This document shows positions 38,041-48,749 of a stretch of 64,000 bases of DNA, piece by piece. How positions within the stretch are numbered: the first letter of the stretch is position 1; each line of letters opens with the position of its first letter. The position numbers were made by a program, and so were the translations under genes. The notes under the pieces were generated by a model. The model worked only from the letters and a program-made list of their open reading frames with translations. It was not told the origin of the DNA and did no database searches. The DNA is from an uncultured Collinsella sp. GTDB taxonomy: Bacteria; Actinomycetota; Coriobacteriia; Coriobacteriales; Coriobacteriaceae. The stretch is from the NCBI GenBank assembly GCA_934654835.1, contig CAKUGY010000003.1:115416-179415 (forward strand). The letters run 5' to 3'.

Positions 38041-38901
38041 CTAGTGGGTGGGCTGGTAGCGGGGGCAGTAGCTGATGGCGATGGCGTCAACGCCTACGTG
38101 GGTCGCGATGGTGCAGCCGATGGGGCCGGTGCCGGCGTCTACGTAGTCTTGGCTCGCGAGCGCCTGGTTGACGAGCTCCTGCTCCTCGGCGGCGCCGGTT
38201 GTGAGCACGCGCACGCTCGAGCCCGGGTGCTTAGCCAAAAACGCGAGGCAGTCGGCCATGGTGTTGGCGACGATACGCTTGGCGCCGCGGCCCTTCTTGA
38301 TGGCCTTGATCTCGCCCGACTGCCATTCCGGCGAAACGGCCAGGCGAATGTTGAGCATCTGCGTGAGCTGGCCGGCGAGCTTGGGGGCGCGGCCGTTCTT
38401 AACGAGGTTCTCGAGCGTGCGGGGAATCAGCAGCAGGTGGGCGTCGGGCAGGGTTGCGCGAATCTGTGCCTCGGTCTCGTCCAGGCTGCGGCCGTCCTCG
38501 CGCATGGCGAGCGCATACTCCACCAACAGGCCCTCGGCGCCCGAGCCGGTGCGCGAATCGATGCAGCGCACGTCGAGCTCGTGGGTATCGGCCACCTGGC
38601 ACGCGTTGGCGTAGCATGCCGACCACTCGCTGCACAGCGAGATAAAGATGGCGCTGTCGTGGCCGTCGGCGCGCACGCGATCGAAGAGCTCCTTAAACTC
38701 GCCGGCGCTCGGCTGCGAGGTATGTGGCAGCTGCTCGGAGCCGGCCATGCGGGCGACGTACTCCTCGGCGGTGATTTGCACCTGGTCGAGCAGGTCCTCG
38801 CCTTCGATAATCACGTGCAGCGGAATCACGTAGATGCCGAGCTCTTGGGCGCGGGCGGGGGAGATGTCCGACGTGGAGTCGGTTATGATGGCAAAAGACA
38901 T
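38041..38901 (-). CDS. DegV family fatty-acid-binding protein (second copy)
   Basis: MSFAIITDSTSDISP, PHTSQPSAGEFKELF, FISLCSEWSACYANA, CIDSRTGSGAEGLL, IGCTIATHVGVDAIAI. Confidence 0.85.
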   Translation of the reverse strand: MSFAIITDSTSDISPARAQELGIYVIPLHVIIEGEDLLDQVQITAEEYVARMAGSEQLPHTSQPSAGEFKELFDRVRADGHDSAIFISLCSEWSACYANACQVADTHELDVRCIDSRTGSGAEGLLVEYALAMREDGRSLDETEAQIRATLPDAHLLLIPRTLENLVKNGRAPKLAGQLTQMLNIRLAVSPEWQSGEIKAIKKGRGAKRIVANTMADCLAFLAKHPGSSVRVLTTGAAEEQELVNQALASQDYVDAGTGPIGCTIATHVGVDAIAISYCPRYQPTH

Positions 38902-39051
38902 AATTGCACCTTTCGATGGGGCGCCGCGGCGCCGCCGATTGAGAGCAAAGTGCGTCAAGTATAGTGGAGTTGTTCCACATTGCCAGCTTTATTTGTTGAA
39001 TAGTCAACGGTTTGAAGCGTCGGTGTGGAAATCGCCAATTGGGGAAGAGGG

Positions 39052-39720
39052 ATGTCGATGGCGGCATTACGGCTATGTGAGCGGCCGGTTGTGCTGTTCG
39101 ATTTTGACGGCACGGTGGCTGATACGGGCCGGGCGGTGATGACCTCGACGCGCAAAACGCTGGCTGCGCGTGGGTTTTCGGAAGCGCAGATGGGCGACTT
39201 GCGTCGCATGATTGGGCCTCCGCTGTGGAAGAGCTTCCACGACTTTTACGGCTTTACGCGCGAGGAGTCGCTCGTGGTGGCCGACGAATACCGCGCCTTT
39301 TTTGACGAGCTGGGGCCGGAGGAGTATCCCGTGTTCGACGGGATCCCCCGGCTGCTCGATGGTCTTGTCGCGCAGGGGCATCGTATGGCGGTCGCGACGT
39401 CGCGCATGGAGGCGAAGTGCATCGACATGGTGCACGAGCTGGGACTTTGCCAGTTTGAGGCGGTCGTTGGCATGAATCCGCCGCAAGACCGCGAGACCAA
39501 GGCCGATTCGGTGCGCGATGCCCTGGCCGCCCTTGGGGCAAGCGCCGGCGACGCCGTGATGATCGGCGACCGTTTTAACGACGTCGAGGGCGCGCACGCG
39601 ATGGGCGTGCCGTGCATTGGCATTTATTCGGGTGCGGCGGCGCCGGGTGAGCACGAGGCCGCGGGCGCCGATGCAGTGGTGCACTCGGTGGCAGAGCTTG
39701 CTAAACTTTTTTATATATAA
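39052..39720 (+). CDS. HAD-IA family hydrolase (phosphoglycolate phosphatase-like)
   Basis: VVLFDFDGTVADT (DxDGT), VATSR, and GDRFNDVEGAHAMG motifs. Start uncertain (39025, 39052 or 39058). Confidence 0.8.
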   Translation: MSMAALRLCERPVVLFDFDGTVADTGRAVMTSTRKTLAARGFSEAQMGDLRRMIGPPLWKSFHDFYGFTREESLVVADEYRAFFDELGPEEYPVFDGIPRLLDGLVAQGHRMAVATSRMEAKCIDMVHELGLCQFEAVVGMNPPQDRETKADSVRDALAALGASAGDAVMIGDRFNDVEGAHAMGVPCIGIYSGAAAPGEHEAAGADAVVHSVAELAKLFYI

Positions 39721-39774
39721 GGACTTGATGTGAGGGGCGCGAACGCTTGCCCCTTATTGGTAAGGAGGTCGTCT

Positions 39775-41211
39775 ATGAATCAGGTGGAGCAGAGCGTTGC
39801 TGAGTATGTCGACGAGGTCTGGGAGGACGTTGTCGCCGATATTGCGCAACTGGTGAGCTATCCGTCCGTGGCGGTTTCTGCTGATGCGGAGCCCGGCGCC
39901 CCGTTTGGCCGACCGGTCCGTGACGCGCTCGACTGCGCGCTCGGCATCGCGCAGAAGCTCGGCTACCAGACGAGCGATGACGAGGGGTATGTGGGCATTG
40001 CCGATATCCCGGGCCGCGGCGACAAGCAACTCGCGACCATCTGCCACGTGGACGTGGTTCCCGCCGGCCCCGGCTGGAACACCGATCCGTTTGCGATGGA
40101 GCGCCGCGAGGGCTGGCTGCTCGGTCGCGGCGTGATTGACGACAAGGGCCCGGCGGTGCTGTCGCTCTACGCCGGCGCCTACCTGCTCAAGCACGGCATT
40201 ACCCCGCGCTACACCTTCCGCGCGCTGCTGGGCTGCGATGAGGAAGTGGGCATGTCCGACGTTCACCATTATCTGGAGAACTACGCAGACCCCGACTTTC
40301 TGTTTACACCCGATGCCGAGTTCCCGGTTTGCAATGCCGAGAAAGGCCAGTTTGAGGCGACGTTCGTGAGCCCCAAGATCGATGGCGGGCGCATCGTGTC
40401 GTGGAGCGGCGCCGAGGCGACCAATGCCATTCCGTCGCAGTCCATCTGCGAGCTTGCTATTGCCGCCGACGAGCTGCCGGCACCGGCCGAGAACGCCGAC
40501 CGCCTGGAAATCACCGCACTTGACAACGGGCATGCCCAGATTTTCGCCCACGGCATCGGCGGTCATGCTTCGATGCCCGAGGGCACCATCAATGCCGTCG
40601 GCCTGATCGTGGCGTACCTGCGCGAGGCCGAGGACGCGTTTGGTGCTCGCGGCGAGCGCCTGCTGACGCCTGCCGAGCACGAGTTCGTCAAGTTCCTGGC
40701 CTTTGTGCATTCGGATGCCTATGGCCGCGGCCTGGGGATTGACGCGACGAGCCCGGCGTTTGGCCCGCTTACCTGCAACCCCGGTGTCATCCGCGTGGTG
40801 GATGGCCACATTGAGCAGGTCATCGACGTGCGCTTCCCCGACAGCACCAGCGCCGACACCATGTGCGAGCAGCTCGAGCCGCTCGTCGGCCGCTTTGGCG
40901 TGACGTATCGCGTGGGCCGTGCGAAGGTGCCGTTCTCGGTTTCGGCCGACGACCCGGCCGTGAAGGCGCTCATCGATACCTATAACGAGTTTACGGGCAA
41001 GCATGCCGAGCCTTTCGCCATGGGCGGCGGCACGTACGCACGCAACTTTGCCCGCGCCGTGTCGTTTGGCCCCGAGGAGACCGGCCTTGAGCTGCCCGCG
41101 TGGGGCGGCCAGATGCACGGCCCCAACGAGTGCGCCAACGAAGAGCAACTCAAGCAAGCGCTCAAGATCTATATCGTGGCGATCCTCCGTCTCAACGAAC
41201 TTGAACTGTAG
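39775..41211 (+). CDS. M20 family dipeptidase (PepV/Sapep-like)
   Basis: AAGGAGG RBS. Motifs ICHVDVVPAG, GRGVIDDKGP, LGCDEEVG and GGGTYAR. Confidence 0.85.
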   Translation: MNQVEQSVAEYVDEVWEDVVADIAQLVSYPSVAVSADAEPGAPFGRPVRDALDCALGIAQKLGYQTSDDEGYVGIADIPGRGDKQLATICHVDVVPAGPGWNTDPFAMERREGWLLGRGVIDDKGPAVLSLYAGAYLLKHGITPRYTFRALLGCDEEVGMSDVHHYLENYADPDFLFTPDAEFPVCNAEKGQFEATFVSPKIDGGRIVSWSGAEATNAIPSQSICELAIAADELPAPAENADRLEITALDNGHAQIFAHGIGGHASMPEGTINAVGLIVAYLREAEDAFGARGERLLTPAEHEFVKFLAFVHSDAYGRGLGIDATSPAFGPLTCNPGVIRVVDGHIEQVIDVRFPDSTSADTMCEQLEPLVGRFGVTYRVGRAKVPFSVSADDPAVKALIDTYNEFTGKHAEPFAMGGGTYARNFARAVSFGPEETGLELPAWGGQMHGPNECANEEQLKQALKIYIVAILRLNELEL

Positions 41212-41362
41212 GGCTTCCCCAGGCACCCGACCTTGCCCCTCAAACCGTCGCTTGCGTACCAAAGTACGCGGCGCTCCTCTTTCGGGGCAATCTCGGGCAC
41301 CTGGGAAACCCCAACATTTTGCTTGGATACACAAGCCCGGTGCTTCGGCTCCGGGCTTCTAT

Positions 41363-41431
41363 AAGTTGCGGTGGAATAGTTCCTAGAATCGGCTGCCTGA
41401 CAGCCAAACAGGAACTATTTCACCGCAACTT
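41363..41431. repeat. AAGTTGCGGTG-type palindromic intergenic element, copy 3
   Basis: AAGTTGCGGTGGAATAGTTCCT ... AGGAACTATTTCACCGCAACTT with an inner GGCTG..CAGCC mini-hairpin. Confidence 0.75.
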
Positions 41432-41633
41432 CTTTAGTCGGTGTAAAAGGCGTGCCATGGTTGGGGCGGGGATTGTTATTCGTTTGTAAAGGCTGAGCCG
41501 CGCTTGCGGTAAGGGTCTATCAGATGCCCGTAAGAAACCGCAGCTGGCGCGGCTGCCATCCGATCGAGGTCGTATCTTTCCAAACAGCAAAGCGGGCGGG
41601 GTGCCCGCGAGTCGCATGTACGAAAGGAAGATC

Positions 41634-42572
41634 ATGCTCGATCAGGCTTATTCTCGTCGTCAGTTCCTCGGCCTCGCTGGTGGTCTTGCCAGCATCGTCG
41701 GTCTCGGCCTCGTTGGCTGCGGTGGCTCTAACGCTTCCGACGCAGCCGACAAGGGTAGCGCCGCCGCTGCCGAGTCCGTCTCCGGCGAGGTGACCTACGA
41801 CGGCGCCTCTTCGTTCCAGGCTCTCGTCGAGGCTGCTGCCGAGAAGTTCATGGACGCCAACCCCGACGTCTCCATCTCCGGCTCGGGTAACGGTTCGGGC
41901 AAGGGCCTGACCGCTGTCGCCGCCGGCACCGTCACCATCGGCAACTCCGACGTCTTCGCCGAAACCAAGCTCGAGGCCGACCAGGTCAAGAACCTCGTTG
42001 ACCACGAGGTCGCCGTCGTGGGCATGGGCCCCGTCGTCTCCAAGAACGTCAAGGTCGACGACCTGTCCCTCGAGCAGCTCAAGGGCATCTTCTCCGGCCA
42101 GATCACCAACTGGAAGGAGGTCGGCGGCGACGACGCCACCATCGTCGTCCTCAACCGTAAGGCCGGCTCCGGCACCCGCGCCACCTTCGAGGCCGCCGTC
42201 TTTGGCGACGAGGCCGTCGACTTTAAGGGCGATGCCGAGCTCGACAAGTCCGGCGACGTCCAGACTCAGATGGCCAGCACCGACAACGCCATCTCCTACC
42301 TCGATTTCTCGCACTTCGACGACTCCAAGTTCAACGCCGTCAAGGTCGAGGGCATCGAGCCCAAGAGCAAGAACGTCACCGACGACTCCTTCAAGATCTG
42401 GGCGACCGAGCACATGTACTGCTCCAAGGACGCCGACGAGGCCACCAAGGCCTTCCTGGGCTTCATGCTCTCCGACGATGTCCAGGGCAAGCTCGTCGAG
42501 GAGCAGGGCTTTATCCCCGTCTCGGCCATGAAGGTCGTCAAGGACGCCAGCGGCAAGGTTTCCGCTCAATAA
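41634..42572 (+). CDS. pstS: Phosphate ABC transporter substrate-binding lipoprotein PstS
   Basis: RRQFLGLAGGLASIVGLGLVGCGG (Tat-like RR plus lipobox). SGSGNGSGKG and NRKAGSGTRATFE motifs. First gene of the pstSCAB order. Confidence 0.9.
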   Translation: MLDQAYSRRQFLGLAGGLASIVGLGLVGCGGSNASDAADKGSAAAAESVSGEVTYDGASSFQALVEAAAEKFMDANPDVSISGSGNGSGKGLTAVAAGTVTIGNSDVFAETKLEADQVKNLVDHEVAVVGMGPVVSKNVKVDDLSLEQLKGIFSGQITNWKEVGGDDATIVVLNRKAGSGTRATFEAAVFGDEAVDFKGDAELDKSGDVQTQMASTDNAISYLDFSHFDDSKFNAVKVEGIEPKSKNVTDDSFKIWATEHMYCSKDADEATKAFLGFMLSDDVQGKLVEEQGFIPVSAMKVVKDASGKVSAQ

Positions 42573-42597
42573 GTAATCGCCCCCGGAAAGGTTTGCA

Positions 42598-43506
42598 ATG
42601 GCAAAACAGCTGCCAAAGCGCGACCTTGAGAACGTGGGCCTGGGCGTCACGGGCGCGTGCGTAGCGCTCGTGACGCTTGTCGTTGCCGCGCTCATCTTCA
42701 TGGTCGCCCAAAAGGGCCTCTCGGCTTTCGTAAGGGACGGCGTCTCGGTCGTCGAGTTTTTCACCGGTACCAAGTGGGACCTGGCCAACACGGCCGAAAA
42801 CGGCCTGCCCTATACCGGTGCCCTGCCCCTGATCGTTACCTCGTTTGCGGTCATGGTGCTCTCCACGCTCATCGCGCTGCCGATCGCCATCGGCTCTGCC
42901 ATCTTCGCGGTCGAGATCCAGCCTAAGTTTGGCTCCAAGATCTTTCAGCCGCTCATTGAGCTTTTGACCGGCATCCCCTCGGTCGTCTTTGGCCTGATCG
43001 GCTTTCACGTGGTCGTCGGCCTTATGAAGAGCGTCTTCCACGTGAGCACGGGCCTGGGCATCCTGCCCGGCGCCATCGTGCTGGCCGTTATGATCCTGCC
43101 GACCATGACCACGCTTTCGGTCGATGGCCTGCGCGCCGTGCCCGACAGCTACCGCCAAGGCTCGCTCGCACTGGGCTACACCCGCTGGCAGACCATCTGG
43201 CACGTGGTGCTCAAGTCCGCCATGCCGTCGCTCATGACCGCAGTCATCCTTGGCATGACCCGCGCCTTTGGCGAGACGCTCGCCGTGCGCATGGTCATCG
43301 GCGGTATTGAGGCCATGCCGACGTCGCTGTTGTCGCCGGCTTCGACCATCACCACCACACTCACCACGTCCATGGCGGTCTATGCCGAGGGTTCGGCCCA
43401 GGACGACGTTCTGTGGGCGCTCGGCCTGCTGCTGATGGGCATGAGCCTCATCTTCATCCTGATCATCCATCTCATTGGCCGCAAGGGGGCGAAGGCTCGT
43501 GGCTAG
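42598..43506 (+). CDS. pstC: Phosphate ABC transporter permease PstC
   Basis: Six hydrophobic segments. EAA-like loop SLALGYTRWQTIWHVVLKSAMPSL. Confidence 0.9.
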   Translation: MAKQLPKRDLENVGLGVTGACVALVTLVVAALIFMVAQKGLSAFVRDGVSVVEFFTGTKWDLANTAENGLPYTGALPLIVTSFAVMVLSTLIALPIAIGSAIFAVEIQPKFGSKIFQPLIELLTGIPSVVFGLIGFHVVVGLMKSVFHVSTGLGILPGAIVLAVMILPTMTTLSVDGLRAVPDSYRQGSLALGYTRWQTIWHVVLKSAMPSLMTAVILGMTRAFGETLAVRMVIGGIEAMPTSLLSPASTITTTLTTSMAVYAEGSAQDDVLWALGLLLMGMSLIFILIIHLIGRKGAKARG

Positions 43507-44425
43507 CACGCGTATCCACATCGACGAGGCGAGACTCGGGCGTGTCCAAAAACAGGACCGCATCGCCACGGGCGTGTTGACGGCAATCGTCGCCATCGTC
43601 ATGCTCGTCGTCGTTTCCATGGTGGCCTACATTCTGTTCGAGGGTATCTCGACGCTGTTCCAGCCGGGCTTCCTCACGGAGCCGTCGCGCGCCAACGGCA
43701 CCCAGGGCGGCGTGCTCTACCAGCTGTTCGACTCGTTCTACCTGCTGCTGATCACCCTGATCATCTCGGTGCCCATCAGCCTGGGCGGCGCGGTTTTCCT
43801 GGTCGAGTACGCGCCGAACGGCCCCATCCGCGACATCGCCTCCACCGCCATCGAGACGCTGTCCTCGCTGCCTTCCATCGTCGTCGGCATGTTCGGATTC
43901 CTGGTGTTCTCGGTGCAGCTGGGCTGGAAGTACTCCATCATCTCCGGCGCCGTCGCGCTCACCATGTTCAACATCCCCATCCTGGTGCGCGTGATTCAGC
44001 AGGCGCTCGAGGACGTACCGCAGGCCCAGCGCGATGCGTGCCTGGCTATGGGCCTCACCCGCTGGGAGGCCACGCTGCACATCCTGATTCCCGAGGCCAT
44101 GCCCGCCATCGTGACCGGCATCGTGCTTTCGGCCGGCCGCGTTTTTGGCGAGGCCGCAGCGCTGCTCTTTACCTCGGGCATGAGCTCGCCGGTTCGTCTC
44201 AACTTCTTGAGCTTTAACCTGTCAAGCCCCACTTGCGCCTGGAACGTCTTCCGACCTGGTGAGTCGCTCGCCGTGCACATCTACAAGATTTACGGCGAGG
44301 GCAGCCCCGAGGCCCAGCAGATTGTCTGGGGCACCGCGGCGCTGCTGATGATCTGCGTGCTGCTGTTTAACGTAATCGCCCGCATCGTGGGCAAGCAACT
44401 GGCAAGGAAGATGACGGCCGAATGA
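43499..44425 (+). CDS. pstA: Phosphate ABC transporter permease PstA
   Basis: ACLAMGLTRWEATLHILIPEAMPAIVTG loop. GTG at 43499 overlaps the pstC stop (GTGGCTAG) and has a G-rich RBS. The ORF track allows TTG at 43475. Confidence 0.85.
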   Translation: MASTRIHIDEARLGRVQKQDRIATGVLTAIVAIVMLVVVSMVAYILFEGISTLFQPGFLTEPSRANGTQGGVLYQLFDSFYLLLITLIISVPISLGGAVFLVEYAPNGPIRDIASTAIETLSSLPSIVVGMFGFLVFSVQLGWKYSIISGAVALTMFNIPILVRVIQQALEDVPQAQRDACLAMGLTRWEATLHILIPEAMPAIVTGIVLSAGRVFGEAAALLFTSGMSSPVRLNFLSFNLSSPTCAWNVFRPGESLAVHIYKIYGEGSPEAQQIVWGTAALLMICVLLFNVIARIVGKQLARKMTAE

Positions 44426-45294
44426 GCGAGATGAATGCAACGCCCGCAACCGAGGCGGCCATGTCCGAGACCCAGGACTTTCTGTCGAGCGTGGGGGAGA
44501 GCGAAAAGCGCGTGCGCGTGAGCGGCAAAGCCGTGGTCGACGAGGTCGTGCTCTCCACCAAGGACGTCAACGTATACTACGGCAACCACCATGCGCTACA
44601 TAACACGTCGCTCGACTTCCACAAGGGCGAGATCACGGCGCTCATCGGGCCTTCGGGCTGCGGTAAGTCGACCTTTTTGCGCAGCCTCAACCTGATGAAT
44701 CGCGAGATTCGCGGCTGCCGCGTGGAGGGCGAGATCAACTACCGCGGGCGCAACGTGAACACCAAGACCGAGAACACGTACGAGCTGCGTCGTTCCATTG
44801 GCATGGTGTTCCAGCAGCCCAACCCGTTTCGCAAGTCCATCCGCGACAACATTACGTTTGCGCCCAAGCGTCACGGTATTACCGATCGCGACGAGCTCGA
44901 CCGCATGGTCGAGGAGAGCCTGCGCGGCGCGGCACTGTGGGACGAGGTCAAGGACAAGCTCGACAAGAGCGCCTATGCGCTTTCGGGCGGCCAGCAGCAG
45001 CGCCTGTGCATCGCGCGCACGCTGGCGCTCAACCCCGACGTGATCTTGTTCGATGAGCCCTGCTCGGCGCTCGACCCCATCTCGACGCTGGCGATCGAGG
45101 ACCTGATGTCGTCGATCGTGGCAGAGCGCGCCATCGTCATCGTGACGCACAACATGGAGCAGGCGTCGCGCGTGTCCAACCGCACGGCGTTCTTCTACAT
45201 GGGCGATATGGTTGAGTACGACGAGACCGACGAGATTTTCCAACGGCCCAAGGATCAGCGGCTGAATGATTACCTCACCGGCATGTTCTCCTAG
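44422..45294 (+). CDS. pstB: Phosphate ABC transporter ATPase PstB
   Basis: Walker A GPSGCGKST, signature LSGGQQQRLCIAR, Walker B ILFDEP. ATGA overlap with the pstA stop. Confidence 0.92.
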   Translation: MSEMNATPATEAAMSETQDFLSSVGESEKRVRVSGKAVVDEVVLSTKDVNVYYGNHHALHNTSLDFHKGEITALIGPSGCGKSTFLRSLNLMNREIRGCRVEGEINYRGRNVNTKTENTYELRRSIGMVFQQPNPFRKSIRDNITFAPKRHGITDRDELDRMVEESLRGAALWDEVKDKLDKSAYALSGGQQQRLCIARTLALNPDVILFDEPCSALDPISTLAIEDLMSSIVAERAIVIVTHNMEQASRVSNRTAFFYMGDMVEYDETDEIFQRPKDQRLNDYLTGMFS

Positions 45295-45424
45295 TCCGGG
45301 ACATGCTTGAGGCCCGCGGCGGCCACGGTCGCCACGGGACTGATTGGAGAGGCGGGTCATCTCTTGCGGGAGATGGCCCGCCTTTTTGTGCTTGCGGGAT
45401 TGCGCTCGTCGACTGCGCCCGCCC

Positions 45425-45465
45425 AAAACCACCACAAAGGGGACAGGCACCTTTGTGGTGGTTTT
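45425..45465 (+). terminator. Hairpin terminator of the ACCACCACAAAGG family after pstB
   Basis: AAAACCACCACAAAGG, loop GGACAGGCAC, CCTTTGTGGTGGTTTT, followed by a T-run. Confidence 0.7.
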
Positions 45466-45509
45466 CGCTATCATGGACAACGTTGAATTTCTACGAAGGA
45501 GCAGGGCAT

Positions 45510-47369
45510 ATGGCGATTCTTTTGGGATGCGATTCCGTCAGCCTAGAGTTTCCCACCAAGCATATTTTCGATAGCGTGACGCTCGGCGTGGGCGAGGGCG
45601 ACCGTATTGGTATCGTCGGCAAAAACGGCGACGGCAAGTCGACGCTGCTGAGCGTGCTCGCTGGCACGTTGGAGCCCGACGATGGCCGCGTGACGCATCG
45701 CCGCGGTACCACGATCGGCCTGCTCGGCCAAAAGGACCAGCTTGTCGATACCGACACCGTGCATCATGCCGTCGTGGGCGACACGCCCGAGTACGAATGG
45801 GCATCGAGCCCCCGCACGCGCCAGATCCTCGCCGGCCTCATTAGCGATGTGCCCTGGGAGGGAACGGTGGGCGAGCTTTCGGGTGGCCAGCGCCGCCGCG
45901 TGGATCTCGCGCGCCTGCTGATCGGCGACTACGATGTGCTCATGCTCGACGAGCCCACCAACCACCTGGACATGCGCACCATCAACTGGCTCGCGCGCCA
46001 TCTTAAGGCACGCTGGCAGCGCGGCCAGGGCGCCATGCTCGTAGTCACGCACGATCGCTGGTTCTTGGATGAGGTCTGCACCAGCATGTGGGAGGTCCAC
46101 GACGGTCAGGTCGATCCCTTCGAGGGCGGCTACTCGGCATACATCTTGCAGCGCGTGGAGCGCGACCGCATGGCCGCCGTCACCGAGGAGCGCCGCCGCA
46201 ACATGGCGCGCAAGGAGCTTGCATGGCTGAGCCGTGGCGCCCAGGCGCGCTCCACCAAGCCCAAGTTTCGCGTCGAGGCCGCCCGCGAGCTCATCGCCGA
46301 CGTGCCGCCCGTGCGCGACGAGCTGGAGCTCAAGCGACTTGCCGTGAGCCGTCTGGGCAAGCAGGTCATCGACGTGGTCGACGTGGACGCCGGCTATGCG
46401 GATACCGACGGCGTGTCCAAGCAGGTACTCTCCGACGTGACTTGGCTCATCGGCGCGGGCGACCGCTATGGTCTGCTGGGCGAAAACGGCGCCGGCAAGT
46501 CGACGCTGCTCGACGTGATCCAGGGCAAGATCGCACCCCTGCGCGGCCGCGTGAAGATTGGCCAGACGGTGCGCTTTGGTGTGCTGTCGCAGCAGCTCGA
46601 GGAGCTCGAGCCCTACATGGGCGACACGATCCGCGAGGTGCTGGGCAACTACAAGAAGTATTACGTCATCGACGGCAAGGAGACCTCGCCCGAGAAGCTT
46701 TGCGAGCGCCTGGGCTTTACGACGCAGCAGCTCTGGAGCCGCATCGGCGACCTTTCGGGCGGTCAGCGCCGTCGCCTGTCGCTGCTGCTGACGATTCTGG
46801 ACGAGCCCAACGTGCTCATCCTGGACGAGCCCGGCAATGACCTGGATACCGATATGCTGGCGATTGTCGAGGACCTGCTCGACGGATGGCCCGGTACGTT
46901 GATTCTGGTGACGCATGACCGCTTTTTGATGGAGCGCGTGACCGACCAGCAGTGGGCGCTGCTCGACGGCCACCTGACGCACATGCCCGGCGGTGTCGAC
47001 CAGTACCTGCGCCTGTGCAACGCCGCCGCCGAGGGCGAGCCCGTGGGCGCGCCGAGTGCCAAGACCGGCACGTTCGATACCGGCGCTGCGGCGGTCGCGG
47101 CCGAGAAACCCAAATCGAGCGGTCAGCCCAACGGCCTTTCCAACGCCGAGCGCCAAAAGCTCCGCCGCGAGGTGAGCTCGCTGGAGCGCAAGATGGAGAC
47201 GCAGCGCGCCCGCGTGGAGGAGGCCGAGGCCGCGATGGCCCAGGTCGACCCTACCAACTACACGGCGCTCGGCGAGCAGCAGGCAAAGATCGACGAGGCC
47301 CACGCTGCCATGGACGAGCTGGAGATGGCGTGGCTCGAGGCGAGCGAAAAGCTCGAGGGCGAGGAGTAG
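45510..47369 (+). CDS. ABC-F family ATPase (Uup-like, two ABC domains plus C-terminal coiled coil)
   Basis: AAGGAG RBS lies 8 nt upstream. Two Walker A sites (GKNGDGKST, GENGAGKST), two signatures (LSGGQRRR x2), no TM domain, and a coiled-coil tail. Confidence 0.85.
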   Translation: MAILLGCDSVSLEFPTKHIFDSVTLGVGEGDRIGIVGKNGDGKSTLLSVLAGTLEPDDGRVTHRRGTTIGLLGQKDQLVDTDTVHHAVVGDTPEYEWASSPRTRQILAGLISDVPWEGTVGELSGGQRRRVDLARLLIGDYDVLMLDEPTNHLDMRTINWLARHLKARWQRGQGAMLVVTHDRWFLDEVCTSMWEVHDGQVDPFEGGYSAYILQRVERDRMAAVTEERRRNMARKELAWLSRGAQARSTKPKFRVEAARELIADVPPVRDELELKRLAVSRLGKQVIDVVDVDAGYADTDGVSKQVLSDVTWLIGAGDRYGLLGENGAGKSTLLDVIQGKIAPLRGRVKIGQTVRFGVLSQQLEELEPYMGDTIREVLGNYKKYYVIDGKETSPEKLCERLGFTTQQLWSRIGDLSGGQRRRLSLLLTILDEPNVLILDEPGNDLDTDMLAIVEDLLDGWPGTLILVTHDRFLMERVTDQQWALLDGHLTHMPGGVDQYLRLCNAAAEGEPVGAPSAKTGTFDTGAAAVAAEKPKSSGQPNGLSNAERQKLRREVSSLERKMETQRARVEEAEAAMAQVDPTNYTALGEQQAKIDEAHAAMDELEMAWLEASEKLEGEE

Positions 47370-47375
47370 ACGAGG

Positions 47376-48146
47376 ATGATCAAGGCCGCGTTTTTCGATA
47401 TCGACGGCACGCTGCTGAGCTTTAATACCCACCGGATTCCGGCGTCGGCGCGGCGGGTGCTCGATAGCTTTCACGAGCAGGGGGTCGCGTGTGTGATCGC
47501 CACAGGCCGCCCGACCTACCAGATGCCGGATTGGCTGTTCGACCTGGGCTGGGATGCATACATTACACTCTCGGGCCAGCACTGCTTTGATGCCGAGGAC
47601 GTCTACCGCAGCTGCCCGATCGATCCGGCCGACGTCGCGGTGATTGTGGAACAGGTGGCGCAGGGGCGCTACGACTCGCTGTGCATGCAGGGCGAGAATT
47701 CGTTTGTGAATCGCCTGTCCGAGCGCGTGGTGACGGCCGGTAGCAACGCAGGAATCGTCTACCACGAGGAGCCGTTTGAGCACGCCTTCGACGCGCCTGT
47801 CTACCAGTTCTGCGCCTTCGTCGACCCCGCCGACGAGCATATCGTAACCGATGCCGTGTCGCATTCGCTCACCACGCGCTGGTGCGACCTGTTCTGCGAC
47901 ATTATCCCGGCCAACGGCGGCAAGGACCTTGGCGTGGCGGCGACGCTCGAGCGCCTGGGTATCGACGCGAGCGAGGCGATTGCCTTTGGCGACGGCGAGA
48001 ACGACCTGTCGATGTTTTCGGCCGTGGGCACGAGCGTGGCCATGGGCAACGCGCAGGAGACCGTGAAAGCCGCCGCGACCTACGTAACGACCGCTGTTGA
48101 CGACGATGGCATCTACAACGCCGCCAAGCACTTTGGCCTGATCTAG
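47376..48146 (+). CDS. Cof-type HAD-IIB family hydrolase
   Basis: IKAAFFDIDGTLL, ATGRP, and FGDGENDLSMF motifs. Confidence 0.85.
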   Translation: MIKAAFFDIDGTLLSFNTHRIPASARRVLDSFHEQGVACVIATGRPTYQMPDWLFDLGWDAYITLSGQHCFDAEDVYRSCPIDPADVAVIVEQVAQGRYDSLCMQGENSFVNRLSERVVTAGSNAGIVYHEEPFEHAFDAPVYQFCAFVDPADEHIVTDAVSHSLTTRWCDLFCDIIPANGGKDLGVAATLERLGIDASEAIAFGDGENDLSMFSAVGTSVAMGNAQETVKAAATYVTTAVDDDGIYNAAKHFGLI

Positions 48147-48368
48147 CACCCGGCACTTGGGGACGTTCCTTTTCGGTTGGCAGAGGGGGACACTCCTTGC
48201 GTGTCACGTGTCGCGTGCCGCGCACAGGGGCGCTCTGCTTCGCTCGCGCGTCTTGTGAAACAAGGCTAACTTTTTGGGCAATGCAGTAAGACATAGGCAA
48301 CTTTTGCGGTAAAGTAAGCCAAGGAAAGTATCCAAAGGCTAACTAGCAATCATCGCGAAAGGCGGCCC

Positions 48369-48749
48369 ATGGCCCTACGTGAATCCGGAGAAGACTACCT
48401 CGAATCGATCTACGTGCTGTCGGAGCGCCAAGGTATCGTGCGCTCGATTGACGTTGCGGAGTATCTTGGCGTGACCAAGGCGAGCGTGTCCAAAGCCATG
48501 GCGACGCTGGAGAACAACGGCTACGTCGAAATGGGTAAACGCGATGTGCATCTGACGGAGCGTGGGCTGGAGGTCGCGCGCCAAATGTGGGAGCGCCACT
48601 GCTTTTTCGTGCAGCTGCTCGAGGATGCGGGCGTGTCGGCCGAGGTGGCGTCGCAAGAGGGCTGCCACATGGAGCATTGCCTGAGCGAGGAAAGCTTCGA
48701 GAAACTGAGGGCGATGTTGAACCGGGAAGATGTAACGGACCCCCAATAG
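48369..48749 (+). CDS. DtxR/MntR family metal-dependent transcriptional regulator (short, no SH3-like domain)
   Basis: SGEDYLESIYVLSERQGIVRSIDVAEYLGVTKASVSKAMATLENNGYV and HCFFVQLLEDAGVS...EGCHMEH are typical of MntR-like repressors. Confidence 0.8.
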   Translation: MALRESGEDYLESIYVLSERQGIVRSIDVAEYLGVTKASVSKAMATLENNGYVEMGKRDVHLTERGLEVARQMWERHCFFVQLLEDAGVSAEVASQEGCHMEHCLSEESFEKLRAMLNREDVTDPQ